Part shown: positions 57,102 to 64,000 of the stretch, piece after piece
Position numbering within the stretch: the stretch's first letter is position 1
How the letters are laid out: each line of letters opens with the position of its first letter
Source: a virus
IMG/VR virus record: IMGVR_UViG_3300042503_001430
Location: 23,584 to 87,583 of that record
Strand: one strand, 5' to 3'
Length of the DNA: 64,000 nucleotides
Made by a program: the position numbers and the translations under genes
The notes under the pieces: model-generated
Databases searched by the model: none
The model's input: only the letters and a program-made list of their open reading frames with translations
Told to the model about the DNA's origin: nothing

Positions 57102-58286
57102 ATGAAGTTATCAAAACGTGCTCAAAAATTGGGGTGCTCACCTATTCGAAGTCCACTCAAGCCGAGTGATACTTCGGTGCATGTACATCGATTGAATATT
57201 GGTCAGCCTGATATTCACTCACCCAAAGAGTTTATCGATGCGTTACATGCGTTTTCTAACCCCGTTGTTGCATACGATTCTGCACAAGGTAACGCAGACC
57301 TCATTTCTGCGTGGGTACGAACCATCAACACCCAATACAAAACAGCTCTTGCACCAGAGAACATGGTAATCACATCAGGGTCTAGTGAAGCACTCACATT
57401 CGCATTCAATATCTGCTGTGATGCTGGCGACAATATTCTCGTATTTGCGCCGACGTATGCAAACTACACTGGGTTTGCAACCATGACTGGTATCAACTTG
57501 AACGTCATTCAGTGCTCATTTGATTCTGGGTTTCATGCGCCTGTGAATAAGCACGAGATTGAGAAGTGCATCACCAAGAAAACGAGAGCAATTCTCATAT
57601 GCAATCCAAACAATCCAACAGGTACGGTATTCACAGAAGCTGAGATTCGCACGTTGCTTGACATATGCGAACAACATGATCTGTTTTTGATTGTTGATGA
57701 AGTGTATCGTGAGTTTGTCTACGATACGAAACCGACAAGTGCGTTAGAAATTGCACCACACAGTGATAGAGTGGTTGTTGTCGATAGCATCTCAAAACGA
57801 TACAGTCTCTGTGGTGCTCGTATTGGTTGCATCATCTCACATAACGAAAACTTTATTGCAGCAGCTACCAATTTTGCCGGCACTCGTGTGTCTGCACCTA
57901 TTGTTGAACAGATTGCAGCAGCGCACATGCTCAATACCATACCCGACAATTACTTGACAGAAACAGTGCGTGAGTATGCAGAACGTAGAGCAACCCTCAT
58001 ATCGAACCTTAGCACTATACCTGATGTAGAGGTGTGTGTGCCTGAAGGTGGGTTTTACGTGTTTGCAAAACTGCCGGTAAAAGACAGTGCAGACTTCTGC
58101 AAGTTCATGCTCGGTGAATTCTCACACAACGGTAACACGGTAGCTCTCGCACCTGCACATGGATTTTTCATCTCAAAGCCACAATCGAAGAGCTACGTAA
58201 GAATTGCATTTGTGGTATCGGTGCAAGATTTGATTAGTGCGACTGATGTATTACGACACGCTCTTGAAGCATATCAGAATCGATAA
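57102..58286 (+). CDS. Class I/II PLP aminotransferase (aspartate aminotransferase-like)
   Basis: LNIGQPD, CNPNNPTG, DEVYREF, DSISKRYSLCGARIG, VRIAFV. Confidence 0.93.
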   Translation: MKLSKRAQKLGCSPIRSPLKPSDTSVHVHRLNIGQPDIHSPKEFIDALHAFSNPVVAYDSAQGNADLISAWVRTINTQYKTALAPENMVITSGSSEALTFAFNICCDAGDNILVFAPTYANYTGFATMTGINLNVIQCSFDSGFHAPVNKHEIEKCITKKTRAILICNPNNPTGTVFTEAEIRTLLDICEQHDLFLIVDEVYREFVYDTKPTSALEIAPHSDRVVVVDSISKRYSLCGARIGCIISHNENFIAAATNFAGTRVSAPIVEQIAAAHMLNTIPDNYLTETVREYAERRATLISNLSTIPDVEVCVPEGGFYVFAKLPVKDSADFCKFMLGEFSHNGNTVALAPAHGFFISKPQSKSYVRIAFVVSVQDLISATDVLRHALEAYQNR

Positions 58287-58985
58287 TTACTGAATATTTT
58301 TGTCGATCTTAGTCATTGTCTGCTTGTACAGTTTCAGGGCAGCTTTCAACTCTTGTGCATTGAATGTGGTGCTGGTTGCAGAAACCACTTTCTTGAGTTG
58401 TGCTATTGCCCAGAGAACGCTGTCACGACTTTCCCAGAAAACCATATCGTCATTGTCATTAGAGAAGCTGAGTATCATTTTTCTGCCAGAACCTCTAACT
58501 TGCATAATACCCTTGACAAGATACTCGTTGCCGAGGTTGTTCTGTTGTCTTCGAATAACAAGAAAGAATTCATTCTCACCTTTGTTTAGTTTGGTGAATG
58601 GCAACCTAGCTTCAGACACATTCGATGTGATGCGAATAACATCTGCGTCAAAATTTTTCCTGAAAAGTTCAAACACTTCAGGATACGTGATCGTTTTTCG
58701 CTGTGGAAATGGCGCTGTATTATCTTGGTAATCATCGTCATCTTGGTAGGGCGACGAGTGTTGTGTGGCGTTGGTTGTCGCTAAGTGTGAAAGCACATCT
58801 CGTGCTACGTTGATCTTTTGCATCATGACAACACTGCCACCTTTGTCGGGGTGGTTTGCAATCGCAGCTTTCTTGTATGCGTCTTTGAGTTGATCTGGTG
58901 TGAAGTGTGGTGAGAGACCGAGAACCTTGAGTGCATCGCTCGGTGTCATGGTCGCTTCAATGAGGTAATGAATGAATCGTTTCAT
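58287..58985 (-). CDS. CTS-bearing J-domain (DnaJ-like) protein
   Basis: MKRFIHYLIEA; ALKVLGL...AYKKAAIANHPDKGG...INVARDVL; late promoter 58996-59002. Confidence 0.85.
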   Translation of the reverse strand: MKRFIHYLIEATMTPSDALKVLGLSPHFTPDQLKDAYKKAAIANHPDKGGSVVMMQKINVARDVLSHLATTNATQHSSPYQDDDDYQDNTAPFPQRKTITYPEVFELFRKNFDADVIRITSNVSEARLPFTKLNKGENEFFLVIRRQQNNLGNEYLVKGIMQVRGSGRKMILSFSNDNDDMVFWESRDSVLWAIAQLKKVVSATSTTFNAQELKAALKLYKQTMTKIDKNIQ

Positions 58986-59067
58986 AGTAGTCTACTATTT
59001 ATGTGGGGTGAATTTTGTACGAAAATCCACAATGGCAGAAAATTGTGCTTCCACAAAAATATAGGTA

Positions 59068-59096
59068 TTGACAGAAACGATCTCGTTTGATACACT
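59068..59096 (+). promoter_or_regulatory. Sigma70 promoter of tRNA cluster
   Basis: TTGACA-17-TACACT. Confidence 0.75.
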
Positions 59097-59135
59097 AAGT
59101 AGTACAGTGTGCCACTTAGTGGCTCCACTCAGTAT

Positions 59136-59207
59136 GTTTCCATCGTCTAGTGGTTAGGACACCCGCCTTTCACGCAGGTAACACGGGTTCGACTCCCGTT
59201 GGAAACA
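59136..59207 (+). tRNA. tRNA-Glu(TTC), CCA not encoded
   Basis: GTTTCCA/TGGAAAC acceptor, loop CTTTCAC, GGTTCGACTCC; one C-A mismatch in anticodon stem. Confidence 0.9.
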
Positions 59208-59228
59208 CACACATACATAATGATATAC

Positions 59229-59304
59229 GGAATCGTAGTTCAGTGGTTAGAACGCTCCCCTGTCACGGGAGAGGTCGTGGGTTCAAGTCCCATCGGTTCC
59301 GCCA
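59229..59304 (+). tRNA. tRNA-Asp(GTC)
   Basis: GGAATCG/CGGTTCC-GCCA, loop CTGTCAC, GGTTCAAGTCC. Confidence 0.93.
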
Positions 59305-59314
59305 TTTTTTATAT

Positions 59315-59389
59315 CGGGGTGTAGCTCAGCCCGGCTAGAGCGCCTGTTTTGGGAACAGGAGGTCGTAAGTTCGAATCTTGCTACCCCGA
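59315..59389 (+). tRNA. tRNA-Pro(TGG), CCA not encoded
   Basis: CGGGGTG/TACCCCG, CCTGT-TTTGGGA-ACAGG, AGTTCGAATCT. Confidence 0.92.
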
Positions 59390-59394
59390 CACAC

Positions 59395-59469
59395 TGGCGA
59401 GTAATTCAGTGGAAGAATGTCTGACTGTTAATCAGATCGTCGTAGGTTCGATCCCTACCTCGCCAGCCA
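59395..59469 (+). tRNA. tRNA-Asn(GTT)
   Basis: TGGCGAG/CTCGCCA-GCCA, TCTGA-CTGTTAA-TCAGA, GGTTCGATCCC. Confidence 0.93.
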
Positions 59470-59488
59470 CAATAAATACCCTCTACGT

Positions 59489-60028
59489 ATGAAACGCTTC
59501 AAGCACTACATCGCAGACCTCACCGAATCAAAAGCATCTGACGCTTACGCTGCTGCACTGCAACAATTTCACGGCAACTCATCAAACTACATCAGTCGCA
59601 AAACCAAGAAAGATCCAACAGACCTTACACGAGATGAGATTAGAGCATTTAAGAAGGTGCTTGATGCGAACAGAGCCAAGTTCAAATCTACACAAGAACT
59701 CTACAACGCTGTTGCAGACCACTACGATATACCCGTTGCAACACTTCAGCACGTTGAAAAGACATTGAAAGAATCAACAGAGCAAGAACGCAAAGACTAC
59801 ATCAAGAGTCTTCAACTCACCCTTACCGCAGACGACCTCACTGATGCACAACTGAAAGACTTCGCAAGACGCAGTAATGGTGGTCCAAGTTCGCCGAATC
59901 AAATTTCAGCTAAAGCAGACGTTGACGCTATGTCACCAAATCACCTCAAGCAAGTAATCGCACACAAACGAGTACACGTGTTCTTTAAGAACCATGCACG
60001 ACAACGACTTTCTGGAAACTGGAAATAA
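59489..60028 (+). CDS. CTS-bearing hypothetical protein
   Basis: MKRFKHYIADLTES; late promoter at 59472; internal LKE|S. Confidence 0.65.
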   Translation: MKRFKHYIADLTESKASDAYAAALQQFHGNSSNYISRKTKKDPTDLTRDEIRAFKKVLDANRAKFKSTQELYNAVADHYDIPVATLQHVEKTLKESTEQERKDYIKSLQLTLTADDLTDAQLKDFARRSNGGPSSPNQISAKADVDAMSPNHLKQVIAHKRVHVFFKNHARQRLSGNWK

Positions 60029-60046
60029 CCCCCATCACACATCATC

Positions 60047-60301
60047 ATGATAGCACCCACCCTCATTCACGAACTCTCAGAAGCACGACAACGTGACCTG
60101 TTGCAGTTTAAGATATTCAATGAGTATGAGCTTCAGATCACGTTCTATGGGGTGTCACAAACGACCGTAGAAAGAATTCAACATTATATTCAAACTCACT
60201 ATGACTACCGAACCACACTCTTTATCGACTATAGCATCAGCACCGTGATGGTGTACACGTACAGTACGATAAAGCTCAACCCGCCGGAAATATGGATATG
60301 A
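60047..60301 (+). CDS. Expanded small-protein family member
   Basis: LIHELSEARQRDLL...QITF...IQHYIQTHY. Confidence 0.7.
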   Translation: MIAPTLIHELSEARQRDLLQFKIFNEYELQITFYGVSQTTVERIQHYIQTHYDYRTTLFIDYSISTVMVYTYSTIKLNPPEIWI

Positions 60302-60702
60302 AACGCTTTACGCAATACCTTACTGAAGCTCTTGACCCCGTTGAAGTACTAGGTCGCAACCTTGCTGCAAAAGCTAGGTACAAGCAGTTGCACCAGTCGA
60401 ATCCACAAGCAGCACACGAGTTTCTACAGAGATATAAAGCTCGCACTGAAGCACACCAGAAGCTCTACACGCTACTGAAAGACCTTATCTCACAACACCT
60501 CTCTCGCACCTCAAAGCTCAACATCACGTCAGGGTCAAACTATGCTATCGCTGTGAAGAATGTATCTGATGCGGTACGTGATCAGTTTCCAGAATTGAAG
60601 CACCAACAGATTGCACGAGCACTGAACGACCTAAATGCAGACACCGAGACCATGACGAGCATGTTGATTGATGTGTTGTTTTCAGACTTGAAGAAGTTGT
60701 AG
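60298..60702 (+). CDS. CTS-bearing helical hypothetical protein
   Basis: MKRFTQYLTEA. Confidence 0.65.
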   Translation: MKRFTQYLTEALDPVEVLGRNLAAKARYKQLHQSNPQAAHEFLQRYKARTEAHQKLYTLLKDLISQHLSRTSKLNITSGSNYAIAVKNVSDAVRDQFPELKHQQIARALNDLNADTETMTSMLIDVLFSDLKKL

Positions 60703-60711
60703 AGAGATCGT

Positions 60712-60915
60712 ATGAGACCGACACACTACACGATAACTGAAACTTCAGATGGCATCAGGGTTGTTCACCACGATGCAATCTTGGTAGCGATTATCACCGC
60801 TAGTAACGTGGTGTTGTACTATGACAATGACCAGCTCAAAATGCTTGGTCAGTTTCATGATGATGATGCACTACTGCAAGCACTCACAGTAAAGCACGAC
60901 ACGATGAAGTTGTAG
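60712..60915 (+). CDS. Hypothetical protein
   Basis: ORF track, tight packing. Confidence 0.5.
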   Translation: MRPTHYTITETSDGIRVVHHDAILVAIITASNVVLYYDNDQLKMLGQFHDDDALLQALTVKHDTMKL

Positions 60916-60918
60916 ACG

Positions 60919-61158
60919 ATGCGAACCTCGTTTCCACAATTAGTGCAAGACCTACAGAGAGCGTATGAGCAGAACTTAATCGCTAATGTAGTCATTCCAC
61001 ACTTGTCGCTCTATCCACAAAACATTACGTTCAACACCACCCACCCCATGTCACAAGAGACTCAAGACAAGCTCATCGAGTACCTAGAGACAGAGTGTGA
61101 TAACGTCATCGTCGCATATGCAGGTGAGCACAAGGTTCTGATACGAGTGAGACCATGA
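60919..61158 (+). CDS. Expanded small-protein family member
   Basis: LVQDLQRAYEQNLI...ITF...LIEYLETEC. Confidence 0.68.
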   Translation: MRTSFPQLVQDLQRAYEQNLIANVVIPHLSLYPQNITFNTTHPMSQETQDKLIEYLETECDNVIVAYAGEHKVLIRVRP

Positions 61159-61334
61159 CACACCTTGAAGCAACACTGATCAAAGCACTGAGAGACATCG
61201 GCTGCACATGGCGACGAATAGCAGAAATTCACGCAGAATCCACAAACAGTACAGACACCTCACAAGAACGTGGAAGAGAGCTATGTGAACAAGCTGCACA
61301 AGTTCTTAACCTAGACTCACTCGACGATGAGTAA
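61155..61334 (+). CDS. Hypothetical 59-aa protein (not in track)
   Basis: MTHLEATLIKALRDIGCTWRRIAE...GRELCEQAAQVL. Confidence 0.55.
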   Translation: MTHLEATLIKALRDIGCTWRRIAEIHAESTNSTDTSQERGRELCEQAAQVLNLDSLDDE

Positions 61335-61352
61335 CCACAAAAAATCCACAAA

Positions 61353-61381
61353 TTGACAAAACCAGTCGAGTTTGGTATACT
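61353..61381 (+). promoter_or_regulatory. Sigma70 promoter
   Basis: TTGACA-17-TATACT. Confidence 0.8.
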
Positions 61382-61389
61382 AACACCAT

Positions 61390-61602
61390 ATGCTGCCGAC
61401 AGACTTAGACAGAGCACTCAAACTAGCACTCAGAGAACGAGTCATTACCCACATGCGTAAGTACCAGTCTACGACGATTGTTCATTTCCATGAATCGGTG
61501 AGTGATAAGAACAAACGAACGCTACAAACCTACCTCTCAGTGCGATACAACTATACCACCTCTCTCAGTGCTCTAGGTGACAAGATGTACATTTACCACT
61601 AA
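61390..61602 (+). CDS. Expanded small-protein family member
   Basis: LDRALKLALRERVI...IVHF...LQTYLSVRY. Confidence 0.7.
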   Translation: MLPTDLDRALKLALRERVITHMRKYQSTTIVHFHESVSDKNKRTLQTYLSVRYNYTTSLSALGDKMYIYH

Positions 61603-61618
61603 ACACAGGTAGACAGCT

Positions 61619-61867
61619 ATGAACGAGACAAGTCCACTAAACGGTATACTTATCACAGAACTCAATAGAGCAAAGAGTCACAACCTTATTGCATACACCA
61701 TAACCGGCACCGACCAAACCATCTACATCGACTTCGTAGACCGTAGCATACAGAAAGAAAACATACTGAAGTTTCAGCAGTATATCATAGACAACTACAA
61801 CTATAAGACCCTTGCATACCCTGACAGCCGAGGCATGATCGTCTTCAATGAGCACCTTCAGAAGTAA
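61619..61867 (+). CDS. Expanded small-protein family member
   Basis: LITELNRAKSHNLI...YIDF...FQQYIIDNY. Confidence 0.72.
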   Translation: MNETSPLNGILITELNRAKSHNLIAYTITGTDQTIYIDFVDRSIQKENILKFQQYIIDNYNYKTLAYPDSRGMIVFNEHLQK

Positions 61868-61964
61868 CCTATATAGAGGGTACAGAGGGTGTGAGAACGG
61901 AAACCTTTCCAAAACCGCCCACTTTAGAAAGTCGTAAAATGTCGTTTTCCGAGGTCCACTAATC

Positions 61965-62342
61965 ATGCAGGCGATCCAAAAAGTTGAGGCTTTGGTTTAT
62001 ATTTTTGATCATCGGAGTGTGGATTTTTTTCTTGACGTGCCCGAATTTCTGAAGTTCGACAAACTCCTCCCTTCTGTATTAGAGAAGTACGTGCCGCCTT
62101 TCACTGCAAGGATTTCCAACGTAGCTTTCACTGTGTGTCACCATGCGTACTTGAAGGATAATCCTGAAGGAACTCTGGAAGATTTTCAAACAAAATTCTT
62201 AACAACTCCTGCCGGCATCACTGCATATCAAGAAGCTCTTGCGCTTGTGTCAAGTAAGGTGAAGAAAGTCCTTACGGTAGAAGATATTCAAGGCATGTGC
62301 GTGAAGAGGAACGCTGAGCCTCCTGCTGATACTAATAGCTAG
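61965..62342 (+). CDS. Hypothetical protein, paralogue of 53503-53883
   Basis: KVEALVYIFD...YLKDNPEGTLEDF. Confidence 0.7.
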   Translation: MQAIQKVEALVYIFDHRSVDFFLDVPEFLKFDKLLPSVLEKYVPPFTARISNVAFTVCHHAYLKDNPEGTLEDFQTKFLTTPAGITAYQEALALVSSKVKKVLTVEDIQGMCVKRNAEPPADTNS

Positions 62343-62584
62343 ACAATTTCTGTTCCGCTAATCCTATTGATGGTAGGCTGGGTCTGTGGGTGTATTCGCT
62401 CATTACATTAAATTCGCTGGTTGTAAGTTGCTGAAGTGGTTGGACGTTCCGATACGAGATTTTCGTAGTCCAGGTTCATTTTGACATGGAAATAGTTCTT
62501 GACTTCCATGTGGATATTTGAGATACTATAATAGAAGTTGCAACCCTCGGTTGATTCGAAGATTGATCCCTTTGAGTCATGCGT

Positions 62585-62675
62585 AAGCAGACCGAGCGAG
62601 GTTAGGTTGGACTCTTCAGTAAACTGATCATTTACTGAGTAAAAGAGTTGAAGGTTCGAGCCCTTCCTGCTTCCC
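62585..62675 (+). ncRNA. Aberrant tRNA-like RNA
   Basis: AAGCAG/CTGCTT closing stem, D-like ACC-GAGCGAGGTTA-GGT, extended arm ACTCTT-CAGTAAA-[CTGATCA]-TTTACTG..AAGAGT, T-arm GAAGG-TTCGAGC-CCTTC; upstream TTGACT...GATACT promoter. Confidence 0.6.
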
Positions 62676-62693
62676 TAAATTTTTCAAGAGCTT

Positions 62694-62876
62694 ATGACTG
62701 TAACTGAGATACGAGAGAGAATAGAGTTTCATACTGCTGAGAGAGATCGGCACTATGCTCGTTTCATCGAGTTGACCAATGAGGGTATTAGGGACAAGGC
62801 GGTATTGGGTCCGGTTGCGGAACACGCTGCGGCTATTATCGAGTTGATTGTTGAGATGGCAAGGGCGACTAAGTAG
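62694..62876 (+). CDS. Hypothetical protein
   Basis: ORF track. Confidence 0.5.
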   Translation: MTVTEIRERIEFHTAERDRHYARFIELTNEGIRDKAVLGPVAEHAAAIIELIVEMARATK

Positions 62877-62917
62877 CTTAAATGCTTGAATGGTTCTCTA
62901 CGAGAATTGCGTAGCGA

Positions 62918-62984
62918 ATATTTCTTGCATTCTGTGTGGATTGTGTGGTACACTGGTTCTATAAGATAAAGAGAAAAAGATATG
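62918..62984 (+). repeat. Repeated early promoter/leader cassette, copy 1
   Basis: AATATTTCTTGCA..TGTGGA..TGTG.TA.ACTGGTT.T.TAAG.TAAAGAGAAAA shared with 63278-63348. Confidence 0.8.
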
Positions 62985-63251
62985 ACAACAGCATTAAACA
63001 GAAGCCTCCTCGGAAAGAAAGTCACTGGTAAGTACTACGGGTTAGCATACAGTGGTACGGTGATCGAGAGTACGCCAATCGGTGCTCACTTTCGTCACGT
63101 GATCAAGCTTGATCATAAGCTGACCATAACCCATAAGACGATGGGTCATGACAATTACAAGGGCTTCAAGCCAATGATTTTCCAAGGTTTATCGTACAAT
63201 ACACATACGAACGATCCTAAGACGCACGAAATCATTAGTGTTTCTGAGTAG
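62982..63251 (+). CDS. Early hypothetical protein (SH3-like beta)
   Basis: LLGKKVTGKYYG..YSGTV. Confidence 0.65.
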   Translation: MTTALNRSLLGKKVTGKYYGLAYSGTVIESTPIGAHFRHVIKLDHKLTITHKTMGHDNYKGFKPMIFQGLSYNTHTNDPKTHEIISVSE

Positions 63252-63277
63252 TTGGTTCTACGGGTTTCTCGTAAGGA

Positions 63278-63348
63278 ATATTTCTTGCAATCCATGTGGA
63301 ACCTGTGTTATACTGGTTTTGTAAGGTAAAGAGAAAAGGTTTTCTATG
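63278..63348 (+). repeat. Repeated early promoter/leader cassette, copy 2
   Basis: See copy 1. Confidence 0.8.
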
Positions 63349-63624
63349 ACAAAATATTTCCTCGTCAAGTACATGAATAAAGCTGGTCATTCATTAGTCC
63401 TCCAGAAGTGTGGTCGAACTTTCCTCTATAACGACTACGGACGCAATAAGCAGTATAAGACCCTCACTGCTGCACGAAAGAAAGCCAAGTCTATTCGAGA
63501 CACCCACCAATTCAGAAACGATCCGGGCGATCTGATCGTCGTCGAAGTTGCATTTGAACCCTGCAATCCACTTTTGTCTGATGGGTTCTATAAGCCTGTT
63601 CACACTGTAGTTAGCTCACTGTAA
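63346..63624 (+). CDS. Early hypothetical protein
   Basis: YKTLTAARKKA motif; follows promoter cassette. Confidence 0.6.
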   Translation: MTKYFLVKYMNKAGHSLVLQKCGRTFLYNDYGRNKQYKTLTAARKKAKSIRDTHQFRNDPGDLIVVEVAFEPCNPLLSDGFYKPVHTVVSSL

Positions 63625-63637
63625 TAGGAGATCGGTT

Positions 63638-63814
63638 ATGTCACAGAACGAAATGAAGTCGATTTTGGAAAGATTACAAGCACGAAAAGAGAAGCTTTGG
63701 AAGTTGCTGGTTGATGTCAACCTGTCAGAGAAGATGGCGAACGCTATTACCGAAGAGCTTCGAAAAGTCGAGACCCGCATGTTTTCAATTCAGTGTAAGT
63801 TGATGAGGGCTTAG
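63638..63814 (+). CDS. Hypothetical 58-aa helical protein (not in track)
   Basis: AGGAG SD; MSQNEMKSILERLQ... Confidence 0.55.
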   Translation: MSQNEMKSILERLQARKEKLWKLLVDVNLSEKMANAITEELRKVETRMFSIQCKLMRA

Positions 63815-63816
63815 TC

Positions 63817-64000
63817 ATGAAGTTTCCAAAACGATTCGAAATTGAAGGTATCGATCCACTCACCGTAAAGTGTAAGGTAGTTCACTGCGTCGAAGGACAC
63901 TTGTTTGAGAACCTGTACGACAGTGTGGAAATGGCATCGTACCTTGTCTGTCTTGATACCCTTGTCGGACCAATGGCTGATAAGGACAAAGATGGAAATT
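63817..64000 (+). CDS. Hypothetical protein, truncated at window end
   Basis: GAGG SD; MKFPKRFEIEG... open to end. Confidence 0.5.
   Translation, partial: MKFPKRFEIEGIDPLTVKCKVVHCVEGHLFENLYDSVEMASYLVCLDTLVGPMADKDKDGN

Noticed and set aside
59150-59338. 62-aa ORF
   Set aside because: Overlaps tRNA-Glu, tRNA-Asp and tRNA-Pro; spurious
47747-61867. Diversity-generating retroelement as the source of the paralogue family
   Set aside because: No reverse transcriptase and no near-identical TR/VR pair with adenine-specific differences seen
62628-62825. Minus-strand 65-aa ORF
   Set aside because: Contains the antisense-tRNA artefact EGLEPST and overlaps a plus-strand ORF
511-63603. Numerous antisense and alternate-frame ORFs in the track (e.g. 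3249-3659, 35106-35612, 49646-50215)
   Set aside because: Shadows of well-supported genes, with no motifs or RBS
1-64000. CRISPR array or mini-array
   Set aside because: No regularly spaced 25-45-nt direct repeats seen in any intergenic gap
1-64000. Stop-codon reassignment
   Set aside because: Conserved genes are full length under code 11 and end in TAA, TAG and TGA; no suppressor tRNA

Overview
This 64-kb window is part of a T4-like (Tevenvirinae/Kyanoviridae-style gene set) myophage genome, read with the standard genetic code. The host is probably Gram-negative, judging by a spanin-like pair, IHF-like sites and a proteobacterial-type tmRNA tag. Core genes: gp43 (3' end), uvsX, gp40, gp41, gp61, class II RNR, RuvC-like resolvase, RNase H, DNA ligase, gp33, gp59, gp32, and a baseplate/neck block (gp29-like, gp51, gp26, gp54-like, gp2, gp4, gp48, gp53, gp27-like). 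RNA genes: tmRNA, four tRNAs, a type I hammerhead ribozyme ending a late-promoter-driven structured RNA, an unassigned 90-nt structured RNA and an aberrant tRNA-like RNA. Two larger patterns stand out. (1) About 13 scattered late genes start with a T4 internal-protein capsid-targeting sequence (MKxFxxF/YLxE). Their cargo includes ligase-fold, kinase, HAD phosphatase, two nucleotidyltransferase, two HEXXH and J-domain proteins, suggesting a virion-delivered enzyme kit. (2) About 18 highly diverged paralogues of one ~80-aa unknown domain are spread over 47.7-61.9 kb. Promoter-to-ATG spacing suggests widespread leaderless mRNAs, and rnh appears to start at a non-ATG codon. All calls come from reading motifs by eye; no searches were run.
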